A stretch of DNA of 64,000 bases from Gemmatimonadota bacterium. GTDB taxonomy: Bacteria > Gemmatimonadota > Gemmatimonadetes > Gemmatimonadales > GWC2-71-9. Shown piece by piece: positions 49,475-59,143 of the stretch. The stretch covers positions 26,455 to 90,454 of the forward strand of contig JBDHJR010000006.1 of assembly GCA_039586815.1 (NCBI GenBank), given 5' to 3'. Position 1 is the stretch's first letter. Each line of letters begins with the position of its first letter. The notes beneath the pieces were generated by a model. It searched no databases and was not told the DNA's origin. It worked only from the letters and a program-made list of their open reading frames with translations. A program made the translations under genes and the position numbers.

Positions 49475-51031
49475 TCAAGGCAGCTCGATCGCGCCGATCG
49501 GCGGTGTGGACTTGGGCGGCCGCCTGTGCTGAGTCGCCTGCTCGTACGAGTACGCCAACCCGATGAGAGTCGGCTCCGACCAGGCGTCGCCCAGAAACTG
49601 CAGCCCCACCGGCAGCGTGCCACGCACGAAACCCATGGGCACCGTGACGGCGGGGAATCCCGTCGGCGGCGAGAGCTGGTAGCTGTTGTTGCCGTGCGGC
49701 GTGGTGAGATCGCCGATCAGCCTCGGGGGGTTGTTCCACGAAGGATAGACCACCGCGTCGAGCTGCTGCCCGTGCAGCACCCGCTGCACTCCGGCGCGCA
49801 GTGTTGCCGCGTTCACGGTGGCCTCCTGACACCCCTCGTCTTCCTCCGGCGGCTTGTCGAAGCGCTGCATGAAACGGAGCCGCTGCTCGATCGGCGGGTG
49901 GAATTGGTCCGACTCGATGATCTGCTCCAGCGTCGTGAAGGGGGCGTCAGGCCCCAGGCTCGCCAGATACGCCTCGATGTCGTGCCGGAAGCGGCGGCAC
50001 CACAGGCTGCCCTCGATCGTGTCCAGCTCGACTATCACCACAGGGTCGATCACCGTCGCCCCTGCCGCGCGCAGATCGTCGAGCGCCTCGTCGAACCGCT
50101 TGAGCACGTCCGGATCGGCCGTCTCGGTGTTCGACATTTGGCGCACCACACCGATGCGGGCGCCGCGCAGCCGGTCGGCGACGAGATAGTCGGTGTACCG
50201 CTCGGCTCGACGGTCCGGCACACTCCAGGAGTCGGCCGGGTCGTGTCCCGCGATCACGTCGAACACTATGGTCGCATCCTCCACGGTGCGCGTCATCGGG
50301 CCGCCGATGTCGCGGTCGAGGTACAGCGGCACGATGCCGTCGCGGCTCGTGAGCCCCATGGTCGAGCGGATTCCCACCAGACTGTTGTGTGACGACGGGC
50401 CTCGTATGGAGTTGCCGGTGTCGGTTCCCACGCCTACAGCGCCGAGGTTGGCGGAGACGGCCGCGGCGGTTCCTCCACTCGAGCCTGCCGTCACACGGTT
50501 CAGCGCGTAGGGGTTGCGGGTGTAGCCGGGGAGCGCCGACCCCACGGTCTCGTACGGCGAGAAGGCGAACTCCGCCATGTTCGACTTGGCCAGCACTATC
50601 GCGCCGGCTTCGCGCAGCTTGCGGACCTGGTACGCGTCGTCGGGCGGCACCGACGCCTGGAGCGAGAGCGAGCCCGCGGTGGTGGGCATGTCGTGCGTGT
50701 CGTAGTTGTCCTTCACGATGACAGGAATGCCGTGCAGCGCCCCCACGAACTCGCCCGTGCGCGCGAAGTGTGCATCGAGAGAATCGGCGCGCTCCAACGC
50801 CCTCACGTTGAGGGTGACGACCGTGTTCAGGGCGGGGCCCTGCTTGTCGTACGCCTCGATCCGCGCCAAGTAGTGCTCCACCAGGTGGCGCGCGGTGAGG
50901 CCCTGCTCACGCATCGCACGGTGGATCTCCGAGATCGTCGTCTCTTCCACCTCGAACGCCTGTGCCTGCGCCGTCCCCGCTGCCCCGAGCAGCAGGGTCC
51001 ACACGAGCATGCCGGCCGTCGCCCTCGCCAT
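49475..51031 (-). CDS. Secreted amidase-signature family amidase
   Basis: Signal peptide; VKDN, GSSGGTAAAV, GTDTGNSIRGP. Confidence 0.93.
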   Translation of the reverse strand: MARATAGMLVWTLLLGAAGTAQAQAFEVEETTISEIHRAMREQGLTARHLVEHYLARIEAYDKQGPALNTVVTLNVRALERADSLDAHFARTGEFVGALHGIPVIVKDNYDTHDMPTTAGSLSLQASVPPDDAYQVRKLREAGAIVLAKSNMAEFAFSPYETVGSALPGYTRNPYALNRVTAGSSGGTAAAVSANLGAVGVGTDTGNSIRGPSSHNSLVGIRSTMGLTSRDGIVPLYLDRDIGGPMTRTVEDATIVFDVIAGHDPADSWSVPDRRAERYTDYLVADRLRGARIGVVRQMSNTETADPDVLKRFDEALDDLRAAGATVIDPVVIVELDTIEGSLWCRRFRHDIEAYLASLGPDAPFTTLEQIIESDQFHPPIEQRLRFMQRFDKPPEEDEGCQEATVNAATLRAGVQRVLHGQQLDAVVYPSWNNPPRLIGDLTTPHGNNSYQLSPPTGFPAVTVPMGFVRGTLPVGLQFLGDAWSEPTLIGLAYSYEQATQHRRPPKSTPPIGAIELP

Positions 51032-51048
51032 GCTTGCCTCCTTGTTCT

Positions 51049-51369
51049 TCAGCGTCTCTTCCCGTCGCCCTGCAGGAAGGTCTTGAGCCGCGTCTCCTCC
51101 GACAACTCGCGGTCACGCTGCGCCCGCGCGGCGCGGCGGCCCTGGTCGATCGCCGATGCCACCACCAGGAGCACCGTGGCCGCCACCACCCATGGTGCGA
51201 ACGCGGTGGTGGAGAGGCCGATGCCGGAGCCGAGCACCACCAGGCTCCCGACCGCGAGCTCGGCCCACGCCAGGGACGAGATCCCCACCGAGGCGCGGAT
51301 CCGCTTGCGCAGCTTCACTCCGCCCGAGAGTCCCGCGATCAGGCCCACGAGAAAGAGCAGCATACCCAT
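51049..51369 (-). CDS. Small three-TM hypothetical membrane protein
   Basis: ATG 2 nt after the upstream stop; three hydrophobic segments. Confidence 0.6.
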   Translation of the reverse strand: MGMLLFLVGLIAGLSGGVKLRKRIRASVGISSLAWAELAVGSLVVLGSGIGLSTTAFAPWVVAATVLLVVASAIDQGRRAARAQRDRELSEETRLKTFLQGDGKRR

Positions 51370-51371
51370 GG

Positions 51372-52355
51372 TCAGGGTGCCTCGGCGATCTCGCCCCGCG
51401 CTGCCACCATGTTGTGCAGAGTCATGTCGGTGACGACGCTGTCGTCTCCCAGGAGAGAATGCTCCACGGTTGAGCCCTGCACCACCGCGTGGGGCCCGAT
51501 GATCGCATCCCGCACGGTGCTGCCGCGCACCGCAGCCCCCGCGTCGATCGAGACGTTGGGACCTATGGTGCAGTTCTCCAGGGTCACCCCGTCGGCGACG
51601 AACACCGGATCCACCAGCGTCACGCCGTCGCTCGCCTCGGGGCGGCGGCGGCGGCCGTGCTCCAGCAGGTGCAGGTTGGTGGACAGCACCGTCTCCACCT
51701 TGCCACAGTCGTACCAGCCACCCACCTCTGCGGTCAGCAGCTTTCTTCCGCGATCGATCATGTACTGGAATGCGTCGGTCAGGAACCACTCCCCCTTCAT
51801 CTGCGGCCCCGCGAGAGTGTGGTCGATACCCTCGAACAGCGTCTGCCAGTCCCGGATGTAGTACAGGCCGATGTTGGCCAGCTTGGAGATCGGCTCGGAC
51901 GGCTTCTCCACGATGCGCTGCATGTAGCCCCGCCCGTCGGTCACCACCACGCCGTAGCGCTGGTAGTCCTCCACTTCCTTGGCCCAGATGATGCCGTCGG
52001 CGTCGGTGCGCTGCAGCAGCGAGAGGTCGGCATCGAACACGGTGTCCACGAAAACGATCAGCACCGGCCCGTCCACATAGGGACGCGCCAGATTCACCGC
52101 GCCCGCTGTACCGTCTTGCACCTGCTGTTCCACGAACCGCGCGGGGATGTCGTACGCCGCGCGCACGTATTGCTCGATCTGCTCCTTGAGATGCCCCGTG
52201 ATGAAGATGAGTTCCTCCACGGAGAGTCCCTGCAGCTTGTCGATCACGTAGTCGAGCACCGGCCGGCCGGCCACCCGCACCAGCGGCTTTGGGACGTGTT
52301 TGGTGATCGGCAGCAGTCGGGTGCCCTTGCCGGCCACCGGTAGGATGACCTTCAC
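51372..52355 (-). CDS. Sugar-1-phosphate nucleotidyltransferase (long form, left-handed beta-helix tail)
   Basis: PVAGKGTRL.P.T..PKPL, EKP, WYDCG, hexapeptide repeats. Confidence 0.9.
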   Translation of the reverse strand: MKVILPVAGKGTRLLPITKHVPKPLVRVAGRPVLDYVIDKLQGLSVEELIFITGHLKEQIEQYVRAAYDIPARFVEQQVQDGTAGAVNLARPYVDGPVLIVFVDTVFDADLSLLQRTDADGIIWAKEVEDYQRYGVVVTDGRGYMQRIVEKPSEPISKLANIGLYYIRDWQTLFEGIDHTLAGPQMKGEWFLTDAFQYMIDRGRKLLTAEVGGWYDCGKVETVLSTNLHLLEHGRRRRPEASDGVTLVDPVFVADGVTLENCTIGPNVSIDAGAAVRGSTVRDAIIGPHAVVQGSTVEHSLLGDDSVVTDMTLHNMVAARGEIAEAP

Positions 52356-52356
52356 C

Positions 52357-52710
52357 TCACGCCCTCCCGTAGCGGTCCTTCAGACGGACCACGTCGTCCA
52401 GCTCGGGGGTCGAGACCTCCAGCAGATCGGTGGACACGACGGCCTCCATCTGGTGCACCGTGCCCGGAGTGACGTGGTACGCTTCCCCCTCCTTCATGGG
52501 CCGCTCCACCAGCTCGTCCTCGCCCTTCTCCTGCACGCGAAACACGATCTCGCCCTTGAGCACGAAGATCGTCTCGTCCTTGCGCTCGTGATACTGGAGG
52601 CTCAGCAGGTGTCCCGGCTCGATGTGCAGGATCTTGCCGACGTAGCGATCGGTCTTCGCCCAGATCAGCTCGTGTCCCCAGGGCTTCTCCACCCGGTACG
52701 GCGTCTCCAC
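52357..52710 (-). CDS. Cupin (mannose-6-phosphate isomerase-like)
   Basis: VEKPWGHE, LSLQYH..KDET, PGTVH, EVSTPELDDVVRL. Confidence 0.88.
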   Translation of the reverse strand: METPYRVEKPWGHELIWAKTDRYVGKILHIEPGHLLSLQYHERKDETIFVLKGEIVFRVQEKGEDELVERPMKEGEAYHVTPGTVHQMEAVVSTDLLEVSTPELDDVVRLKDRYGRA

Positions 52711-52723
52711 AGCCGCTCCTTGC

Positions 52724-53332
52724 TCAGAAAGTGAGATGTAACTTCAACGACGACGGTGTGGTAACGCAGGCTCGCACGCAGACCCCACACCCCACACACC
52801 CCTCAGCATACAGCACCGGCCGCCCGGCGTCATCGAGTCCGATGGCCTCCTCTCCCAGCGGGCAAACCCTGGCGCACACCCCGCACTCCACGTCCTGGAA
52901 GGCGATGCACCGCTCCGGGACGAGCTCGAGGGTCGCCATGCGGTAGCCGTCCCATAGCTGCTCGGGCAGCTCGAGCGCGTCGGTGGGACATGCCTTGGCG
53001 CACAGCATCTCGTTGCACACGGTGCACGGCTGCACCGCCGGATCGATCATGGGGGTGCCCACTGCGAGACCGGCTCCGGGCGGCGCCGTCACGATGGCGT
53101 TGGCCGGGCAGACATCGATGCAATCGCCGCAGCGGGTGCACGCGGCGAGGAAGGCGACCTCATCCATGGCCCCCGGAGGTCGAAACACCGGGAGCGGAGC
53201 CACCCGACGCTCGGCCCGTCGCACAACCTCGTTCATGAGACGCCCAACGGTCTCGCGAAAGAAGGTGCGCCGGTCGCCTTCGCTGCCGGTCAGGAAGTCG
53301 GCGCCGAACTGGTCGTCACGCGGCGGTACCAT
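52724..53332 (-). CDS. NapF/NapG/MauM-type multi-[4Fe-4S] ferredoxin
   Basis: RPPGA plus four Cys cluster motifs. Confidence 0.85.
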   Translation of the reverse strand: MVPPRDDQFGADFLTGSEGDRRTFFRETVGRLMNEVVRRAERRVAPLPVFRPPGAMDEVAFLAACTRCGDCIDVCPANAIVTAPPGAGLAVGTPMIDPAVQPCTVCNEMLCAKACPTDALELPEQLWDGYRMATLELVPERCIAFQDVECGVCARVCPLGEEAIGLDDAGRPVLYAEGCVGCGVCVRACVTTPSSLKLHLTF

Positions 53333-53610
53333 GCGCCCTAAGGTATGAGCCCGCCCAGCAGGGCGGCAGGGCCCGATGTGAGCAAGCGCACAGCCACCGT
53401 CGTGGCACCGCAGGCACGTTGCCGTTGGTGGCGACACCCTCTCCATACGCCACCGACCCGACAGTGGCGGCAGGTGGCTTGAGAGGATGGTGTCATACGG
53501 AAATACCGGAGTCCGGGAGCGCCCGCCTGGCGCCGGAGCCCGACCCGGCCCTAGCGAAGCTCCCGCAGTGCCAATAACTTAGCTGCCCTTCAACCGACGG
53601 CATTGCGCCC

Positions 53611-55917
53611 ATGCGTCGGACAGGCGGAACGTGGCTGCACGTTCAGCAGCCCGCCCTCAACGTGCTGAGGGCGGGCCTCTTGCTCTCTTGCCTTCCGGTC
53701 GCCTTGGCCAGCTGCAGGCTCGATGACCTGGTTACGTCCCCTGGGGACCCCACGGTAGAGCTGCAGCTGTCCCGGACGATCGTGGGGGTGGCGGACTCTG
53801 CCCTGCTCACGGCCACGGTACTGGTCGATGGGGAAGCTCAGGACGGGGTGCCGCTGTCGTGGCGCACGGGCGACAGCGCCATCGCGACGGTGACGCCGGC
53901 GGGGCTGGCCCAGGGCCGCACAAGGGGCAAGGTGGTCGTCACGGCCCAGGTCCAGGGGGGCGCCGTCTCCAGCATGGATGTGGCAGCCTCCGACACACTC
54001 TGGGTGGTCGCCGCCACGCTGGCCCTGACGCCTGCGGACACCACGCTCACCAGTGCGGGCGACACGCTGTGCCTCGAGTACGAGATTCGCGATGCCGGTG
54101 GAACAGCGCTCACGGGAGGGGCTCCGAGCTTCGCATTGATGGAAGACCCCGATTCGACCGTGTCGCTCACCCAATCGGGCGCCTGTGTGGTGGCCCGGGG
54201 GAGCGGGCGGGAAGCCATGGTTCAGGCGACCGTGGACACGGCGACCGCCAGCGCGACGATCAGCGTGCTGCAGACCATCACGGCGCTCGAGATCGAGCCG
54301 GATAGCGTGGAGCTGCTGAGCCTCGGTGCCACGGAGCAGCTCACGGCCGAAGCCACCGACCGCCGCGGCAACGCCGCGCCGGCCACCTTCGTCACCTGGA
54401 CGTCGAGCGACACCAACGTGGCCGTGGTGGACTCCGCGGGGGAGGTGACCGCTCGCGGTGCCGGCGAAGCGCTCGTGTACGGGGCGTCGGACGGACTGAG
54501 CGACAGCACGGTGGTGAGCGTGACACCGCCCGAGCTGAGCGTCGCCCCCACCTCGGTGAGCGCCTCGGCGAAGGTGGGAAGCACCGCGTTGCACACGGCA
54601 GACCTCACGATAGACAACGCGGGCACCGGCTCGCCTCCCTGGTCGGGTACCAAGTCCAGCGGTTGGCTGAGCATGTCCAGGACAGGCGGTGGAATGCCCG
54701 ACAACGTACAGCTCAGCCTCGACCCGGCTGGGCTCGCCGAGGGTACTCACCACGACACGGTCGTCATCACGGTGTCCGGTGCGAGCGGCAGCCCGGCGGA
54801 GATTCCGGTGACCTTCGAGCTTCTGCCCTGCAGCGTGACGGGCATCGCGCCGGACGTCACGCTGGGTGGCGTCCTCTCGACCGGCGACTGCGGGGCGCCG
54901 CACCGAGCCGGCAGCTTCGCCCGGGTCTACTCGATCACGGGAGGGTGGGGAGATACGGTCTCGCTACGCCTCGACGGTGACTTCGACGCATATCTGCTGG
55001 TGCTCGACGGAAGCGGCACGGTACTGGCCGAGAACGACGAATGTGCAGGCAACCCCGTGCGCGGGCCGGCCTGCATTGAGGAGTTCGCCCTGCCGACGGC
55101 CGGCACCTACCGGATAGAGGCCACGAGCTTCGACGCGGCAGCAACCGGCAACTTCTCACTGCGCGCCACAATCCCGACGGCACCCGATGCACCGCAGGTG
55201 CTGGGCCAGTTCCGCAGCGACGGGATCACCCCGATCTCCCTGGGCGCGGCGACCGGCCAGACGACCGTGGTCTTCGAGGCCACGCTGAGCGACAGTGATC
55301 CCGCGGACAGCCTCCGGCTCGAGGTCGAGGTCCAGCCGCTGGGCGGGGCATTCACCGGCACGCCTACCGCCACGAGCGCGGTCACGACCAGCGGGAGCAG
55401 CGCCACGGTATCGGTCTCGGGCCTGGCAGACAACGCGAGCTTTCACTGGCAGGCCCGCGCCGTGGACCAAACCGGTCGCGCCGGACCCTGGACGTCGTAC
55501 GGCGGCAACGGAGAAGGAGAAGCCGACTTCCACGTCGACGTCGCTCCCCAGGATCCCATCACGCCGGCCAACGCCGGCCAGTTCAAGGTCGGCGGAGCAC
55601 CCATCGACACGAGCGGGACCACCGACGAAGCCACCGTGATCTTCCAGGCGTTGCTCACCGACCCCGACCCGGCCGACTCCCTGCGGCTCGAGGTTGAGGT
55701 GCAGCCGGTGGGCACCGCGTTCACCAACTCGCCCACCGCCACGGGCGCCAGCGTCGCCCGGGGCACTCTGGGGCAGGTGGCCGTACCCGGACTGCTCGAC
55801 AACACCGACTACCACTGGCAGGTGCGCGCCCGCGACCGCACGGGCCGCTTCAGCCTGTGGATCAGCTTCGGCGGCAATCCCGAGACCGCGGTGGACTTCC
55901 GCGTGGAGATTCCCTGA
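53611..55917 (+). CDS. Large lipoprotein with Ig-like (Big_2), BACON-like, PPC-like and two FN3-like domains
   Basis: LASC lipobox; W..SD..VA.V...G.V Big_2 motifs; DFDAYLLVLD...ENDE PPC motif; C-terminal tandem repeat; start uncertain. Confidence 0.8.
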   Translation: MRRTGGTWLHVQQPALNVLRAGLLLSCLPVALASCRLDDLVTSPGDPTVELQLSRTIVGVADSALLTATVLVDGEAQDGVPLSWRTGDSAIATVTPAGLAQGRTRGKVVVTAQVQGGAVSSMDVAASDTLWVVAATLALTPADTTLTSAGDTLCLEYEIRDAGGTALTGGAPSFALMEDPDSTVSLTQSGACVVARGSGREAMVQATVDTATASATISVLQTITALEIEPDSVELLSLGATEQLTAEATDRRGNAAPATFVTWTSSDTNVAVVDSAGEVTARGAGEALVYGASDGLSDSTVVSVTPPELSVAPTSVSASAKVGSTALHTADLTIDNAGTGSPPWSGTKSSGWLSMSRTGGGMPDNVQLSLDPAGLAEGTHHDTVVITVSGASGSPAEIPVTFELLPCSVTGIAPDVTLGGVLSTGDCGAPHRAGSFARVYSITGGWGDTVSLRLDGDFDAYLLVLDGSGTVLAENDECAGNPVRGPACIEEFALPTAGTYRIEATSFDAAATGNFSLRATIPTAPDAPQVLGQFRSDGITPISLGAATGQTTVVFEATLSDSDPADSLRLEVEVQPLGGAFTGTPTATSAVTTSGSSATVSVSGLADNASFHWQARAVDQTGRAGPWTSYGGNGEGEADFHVDVAPQDPITPANAGQFKVGGAPIDTSGTTDEATVIFQALLTDPDPADSLRLEVEVQPVGTAFTNSPTATGASVARGTLGQVAVPGLLDNTDYHWQVRARDRTGRFSLWISFGGNPETAVDFRVEIP
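55174..55914 (+). repeat. Intragenic tandem duplication of an approximately 123-aa domain
   Basis: Both copies contain GQF, DPADSLRLEVEVQP, PTAT, GL.DN..[FY]HWQ.RA.D.TGR...W.S[YF]GGN.E...DF. Confidence 0.9.
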
Positions 55918-57455
55918 TGCCCGACGCGCCCAAGAAGCAGCGCCGCTGGACGAGAGAGGGCGCTACTCTCTGCCCCACCTGCCGCACGGGGGAGATCCTG
56001 CCGCACTCCATGGAGTGCAACCACTGTCACCAGCCGATGACGAGAGCCGAGCCTCCCGAGCCGCCGGCGGCAGAGGAAGTCGAGCGCAACGTACGCAGGC
56101 ACCTCGGCGCCAACTACCAGCTCGACGGTCTGTTGGGTCGGGGCGGCATGTCACTCGTCTATCTGGCGCGGGAGAAGGAGCTGCACCGGCCCGTCGCCCT
56201 CAAGGTTCTGCCCCTCCAGCTCGTGCTGGGAACAGCCGCCGCCGAGCGCTTCAGCCGTGAGGCGAAGATCGCGGCCTCGCTCGACCAGCACCACATCGTC
56301 CCGATCTACCGCGTCGGGACCACGTCCAGCTTCCTGTGGTACACGATGAAGTACGTGAAGGGACGCTCCCTCGCGGAAGTGCTTGAGAGCCATGGCACGC
56401 TCGAGCTGGACGCGACGCTCGACATCATGGCACAGGTAGCCAGCGCGCTACACTACGCGCACCGCCGCGGCATCGTGCACCGCGACATCAAGCCCGAGAA
56501 CGTGCTGATCGATGAGGACGGCTGGGTGTGGGTGTGCGACTTCGGCGTGGCCAAGGCGTTCGGCGCGATCCCGCTCACCAACACCGGCACCACGCTCGGC
56601 ACGCCGAGCTACATGTCGCCCGAGCAGTGCTACGGCCAGAGCGTAGATGGACGCTCGGACCAGTACTCGCTGGCGGCGCTCACCTATCGCTGTCTCGCAG
56701 GGCAGACGCCCTTCGTCGCGAACTCGCTGGGACTCATGATCCGCAAGCAGTGCCTCGAGTCTCCCAGGGAGCTGATCGAGTTGCGATCGGACCTGCCGCC
56801 CCGAGTCTCGAGCGCGGTGCGCCGCGCGCTGAACAAGAAGCCGGAAGACCGCTACCCTGACATCGTGCAGTTCATCGAGGCGCTGGGCGGGCGCGTCTCC
56901 GTGCGGACCACGAATCCGTCGCTGCAGGAACTCACGCAGCCGACCCCGCTCCCGGCCGATTCGCCGCCACGCGAGCCGCCGCGGCGCTGGCGCAGGCCGC
57001 GCGCGCGCCTGGTTGCGGCGTTCGTCGCACCGCTGGCCGTGGCCGGAGTCGTGCTGTGGCCTTACCCGGATACGGTGCGGCAGGAAGCGCCGGGCAGCGG
57101 GGACGGACCACCGGTGGCCGCGGAATCGCCACTGACCCTCACGGACGCGGGTGAGCCGACTCGGGACGAGCCGGCCCCGCAGCAGAGCCCCCGGCAGCGC
57201 TCCGCCGATCGGGCGACGCCGGCGGCGGCAAACGAGCCGGCGCGCCTCTGGGTCCAGTCGGAGCAGTGGGGCTACGTGTACCTCGACGGGCGCCAGCTCC
57301 AGATGACGCCCGTCCTCGACTTCCCGATTCCCGCCGGCACCCACACGGTGCGCATCGTGCGCGACGGCTTCGAGCCGTTCGAGCAGGTGATAGTGGCCGA
57401 GCCGGGGCAGTCGATTCGTCTCACTGGAATCGCCCTGCGGGAGCAGCAGCCGTAA
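55917..57455 (+). CDS. Hanks-type Ser/Thr kinase 1 (Zn ribbon-kinase-TM-PEGA)
   Basis: CPTC/CNHC, GRGGMS, VALK, HRDIKPEN, DFG, YMSPE, one TM, PEGA-like C-terminus; TGATG coupling. Confidence 0.93.
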   Translation: MPDAPKKQRRWTREGATLCPTCRTGEILPHSMECNHCHQPMTRAEPPEPPAAEEVERNVRRHLGANYQLDGLLGRGGMSLVYLAREKELHRPVALKVLPLQLVLGTAAAERFSREAKIAASLDQHHIVPIYRVGTTSSFLWYTMKYVKGRSLAEVLESHGTLELDATLDIMAQVASALHYAHRRGIVHRDIKPENVLIDEDGWVWVCDFGVAKAFGAIPLTNTGTTLGTPSYMSPEQCYGQSVDGRSDQYSLAALTYRCLAGQTPFVANSLGLMIRKQCLESPRELIELRSDLPPRVSSAVRRALNKKPEDRYPDIVQFIEALGGRVSVRTTNPSLQELTQPTPLPADSPPREPPRRWRRPRARLVAAFVAPLAVAGVVLWPYPDTVRQEAPGSGDGPPVAAESPLTLTDAGEPTRDEPAPQQSPRQRSADRATPAAANEPARLWVQSEQWGYVYLDGRQLQMTPVLDFPIPAGTHTVRIVRDGFEPFEQVIVAEPGQSIRLTGIALREQQP

Positions 57456-58508
57456 GTGCCACACCGCGCAATCGTCTGCCTGGCACTCGTACTTGCAGTC
57501 GCCGCTCCGAGTGCCCGCGGGCAGACCGCCACCGAGCAGCTGCAGTACGGCATAGAGGCGTATCGCAACCTGGAGCTGGAGGCGGCAGTCGGCTTCCTGC
57601 GCCGCGCCCTAGCAGCGGCCCCTGAGGGTGGGCTCTCCACCAGCGAGCGCACCAGCGCGCTGAGTTACCTGGGCGCAGCCGAGTTCTTCAGCGGCAGGCG
57701 CGACTCAGCCTCAGCCGCCTTCCGCCGCCTGGTCACCCTCGAGCCGCGCCACCGGCCGGACTCCGTGGTCTTCCCCCCGCAGGTGCTTCAGCTGTACGAC
57801 GACGTGCGGCGCGGCACGCGAGTGGTCACGGCCGTCGCCCCGGCCGACACGGCGATCGTGCTGGGGCGCGACACCTTCACAGTACAATTGTACGCCGCCA
57901 CCTACCACTGGATTCGCGCACAGCTAATCCGCGACGACGGCTCCATAATGCGTCCGCTGTACGACGGCGAGGTGGGCGACAGCCTGTTGCTGCACTGGGA
58001 CGGGCTGGACGACTCCGGCGCCCCGGCGGCGGGGCGCTACACCCTGCTGGTCGAGTCGCTGGCGCCGAGCGGCGGTGTCGAGCGCATCGTGCACTTCCCG
58101 GTCGAGGTGGAGGTGGTGCGCCTCGACACGGTGCCGCACCCGCCGCCGCCTCCCGACTCGCTGCTCCTGCCCGAGCGGCAGCCGGCCGGCCCGGCGTTGC
58201 GCAGCCTCACCGCGGGCCTGGCCCTGGGCGGCCTTGCGATCGCCCTTCCCTCGCTGGCGGGCTCGAGCGCCGAAGCCTCCGACGCGCGCTTCGCGGTGGG
58301 CGGAGCGATCACGCTGGCGGGGGTGATCGGGTTCTTCAAACAGAAGCCGGGCCGTGCGCTCCCCGACAACATCACCGCCAACCAGCATTTGATTAGCCAG
58401 TGGCGCGATCGGCGCGACACGGTGGTGCGGGAGAACGACGCGCGACGCGACGCGCGTCTGCGGATCCGGACCGGCCCCACCGTGCGAGAGGATCTCGAGA
58501 GGCCATGA
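57456..58508 (+). CDS. Secreted TPR-like/FlgD-Ig-like protein 1
   Basis: Signal peptide, TPR-like helices, FPP motif, WDGLDDSG..GRY, hydrophobic hairpin. Confidence 0.78.
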   Translation: MPHRAIVCLALVLAVAAPSARGQTATEQLQYGIEAYRNLELEAAVGFLRRALAAAPEGGLSTSERTSALSYLGAAEFFSGRRDSASAAFRRLVTLEPRHRPDSVVFPPQVLQLYDDVRRGTRVVTAVAPADTAIVLGRDTFTVQLYAATYHWIRAQLIRDDGSIMRPLYDGEVGDSLLLHWDGLDDSGAPAAGRYTLLVESLAPSGGVERIVHFPVEVEVVRLDTVPHPPPPPDSLLLPERQPAGPALRSLTAGLALGGLAIALPSLAGSSAEASDARFAVGGAITLAGVIGFFKQKPGRALPDNITANQHLISQWRDRRDTVVRENDARRDARLRIRTGPTVREDLERP

Positions 58509-59143
58509 GGCGCACCCTGCTCGTGCTGCTGTCGCTCGCGCCCGCCGGGTTGCAGGCCCAGGCGCCGCTCCGCTTCGCGGCGGGGGCCACGGCCATGCAG
58601 TACCGGGTGCACAGCGAGCTGAACGGCGAGACCGAGTCCCTGAGCGCGCCCGGCTTCGGCATCGAGGGCCTCGTCTCGTCGGGGCGGGTAGCACTCGAGG
58701 GACGCTACGTGCAGGCCGACCTCGACCCCAACACCGCCGGAGCGCTCGCCCGTGACGCGGCCGAGGGACACCTGCTCCTGGCCGTGCGAGCGACTCCCTG
58801 GCTCACCCTGGCGACCGGTCCGCTGTCGCGCAGCTATGAGACCACCCTGGGGAGCCAGCGCTGGGTGCTGTGGACCGTGCGCGCACGGGGAGCGCCGGTC
58901 CTGGTGCCCAACCTGGTGCGCGGCTACGCCGAGCTGTGGGGCGCCCTACCGCTCGACTTGAGCGTACCCGAGAGCTGGAACAGCGGCTGGGGCGGCGACG
59001 TGGGGCTGACGCTGGCGTTGCCGCGCCTCCCGGTGTGGCTCCGTCTCGGCTACCGCTTCGAGCAGTATCGGCTGGGCGACGGAACTCGACGCGAGACGAT
59101 CGACGGCGCCACGCTGAGCCTCGGGGCCGGACGGCTCTGGTAG
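58505..59143 (+). CDS. Small outer-membrane beta-barrel protein
   Basis: Signal peptide (LQA-Q), amphipathic strands, LRLGYRFE, terminal aromatic W; ATGA overlap. Confidence 0.7.
   Translation: MRRTLLVLLSLAPAGLQAQAPLRFAAGATAMQYRVHSELNGETESLSAPGFGIEGLVSSGRVALEGRYVQADLDPNTAGALARDAAEGHLLLAVRATPWLTLATGPLSRSYETTLGSQRWVLWTVRARGAPVLVPNLVRGYAELWGALPLDLSVPESWNSGWGGDVGLTLALPRLPVWLRLGYRFEQYRLGDGTRRETIDGATLSLGAGRLW

Noticed and set aside
53400-53425. Sigma54-like TGGCAC...TTGC (also checked near 9549, 19345, 59198)
   Set aside because: GG-to-GC spacing does not fit the strict -24/-12 geometry
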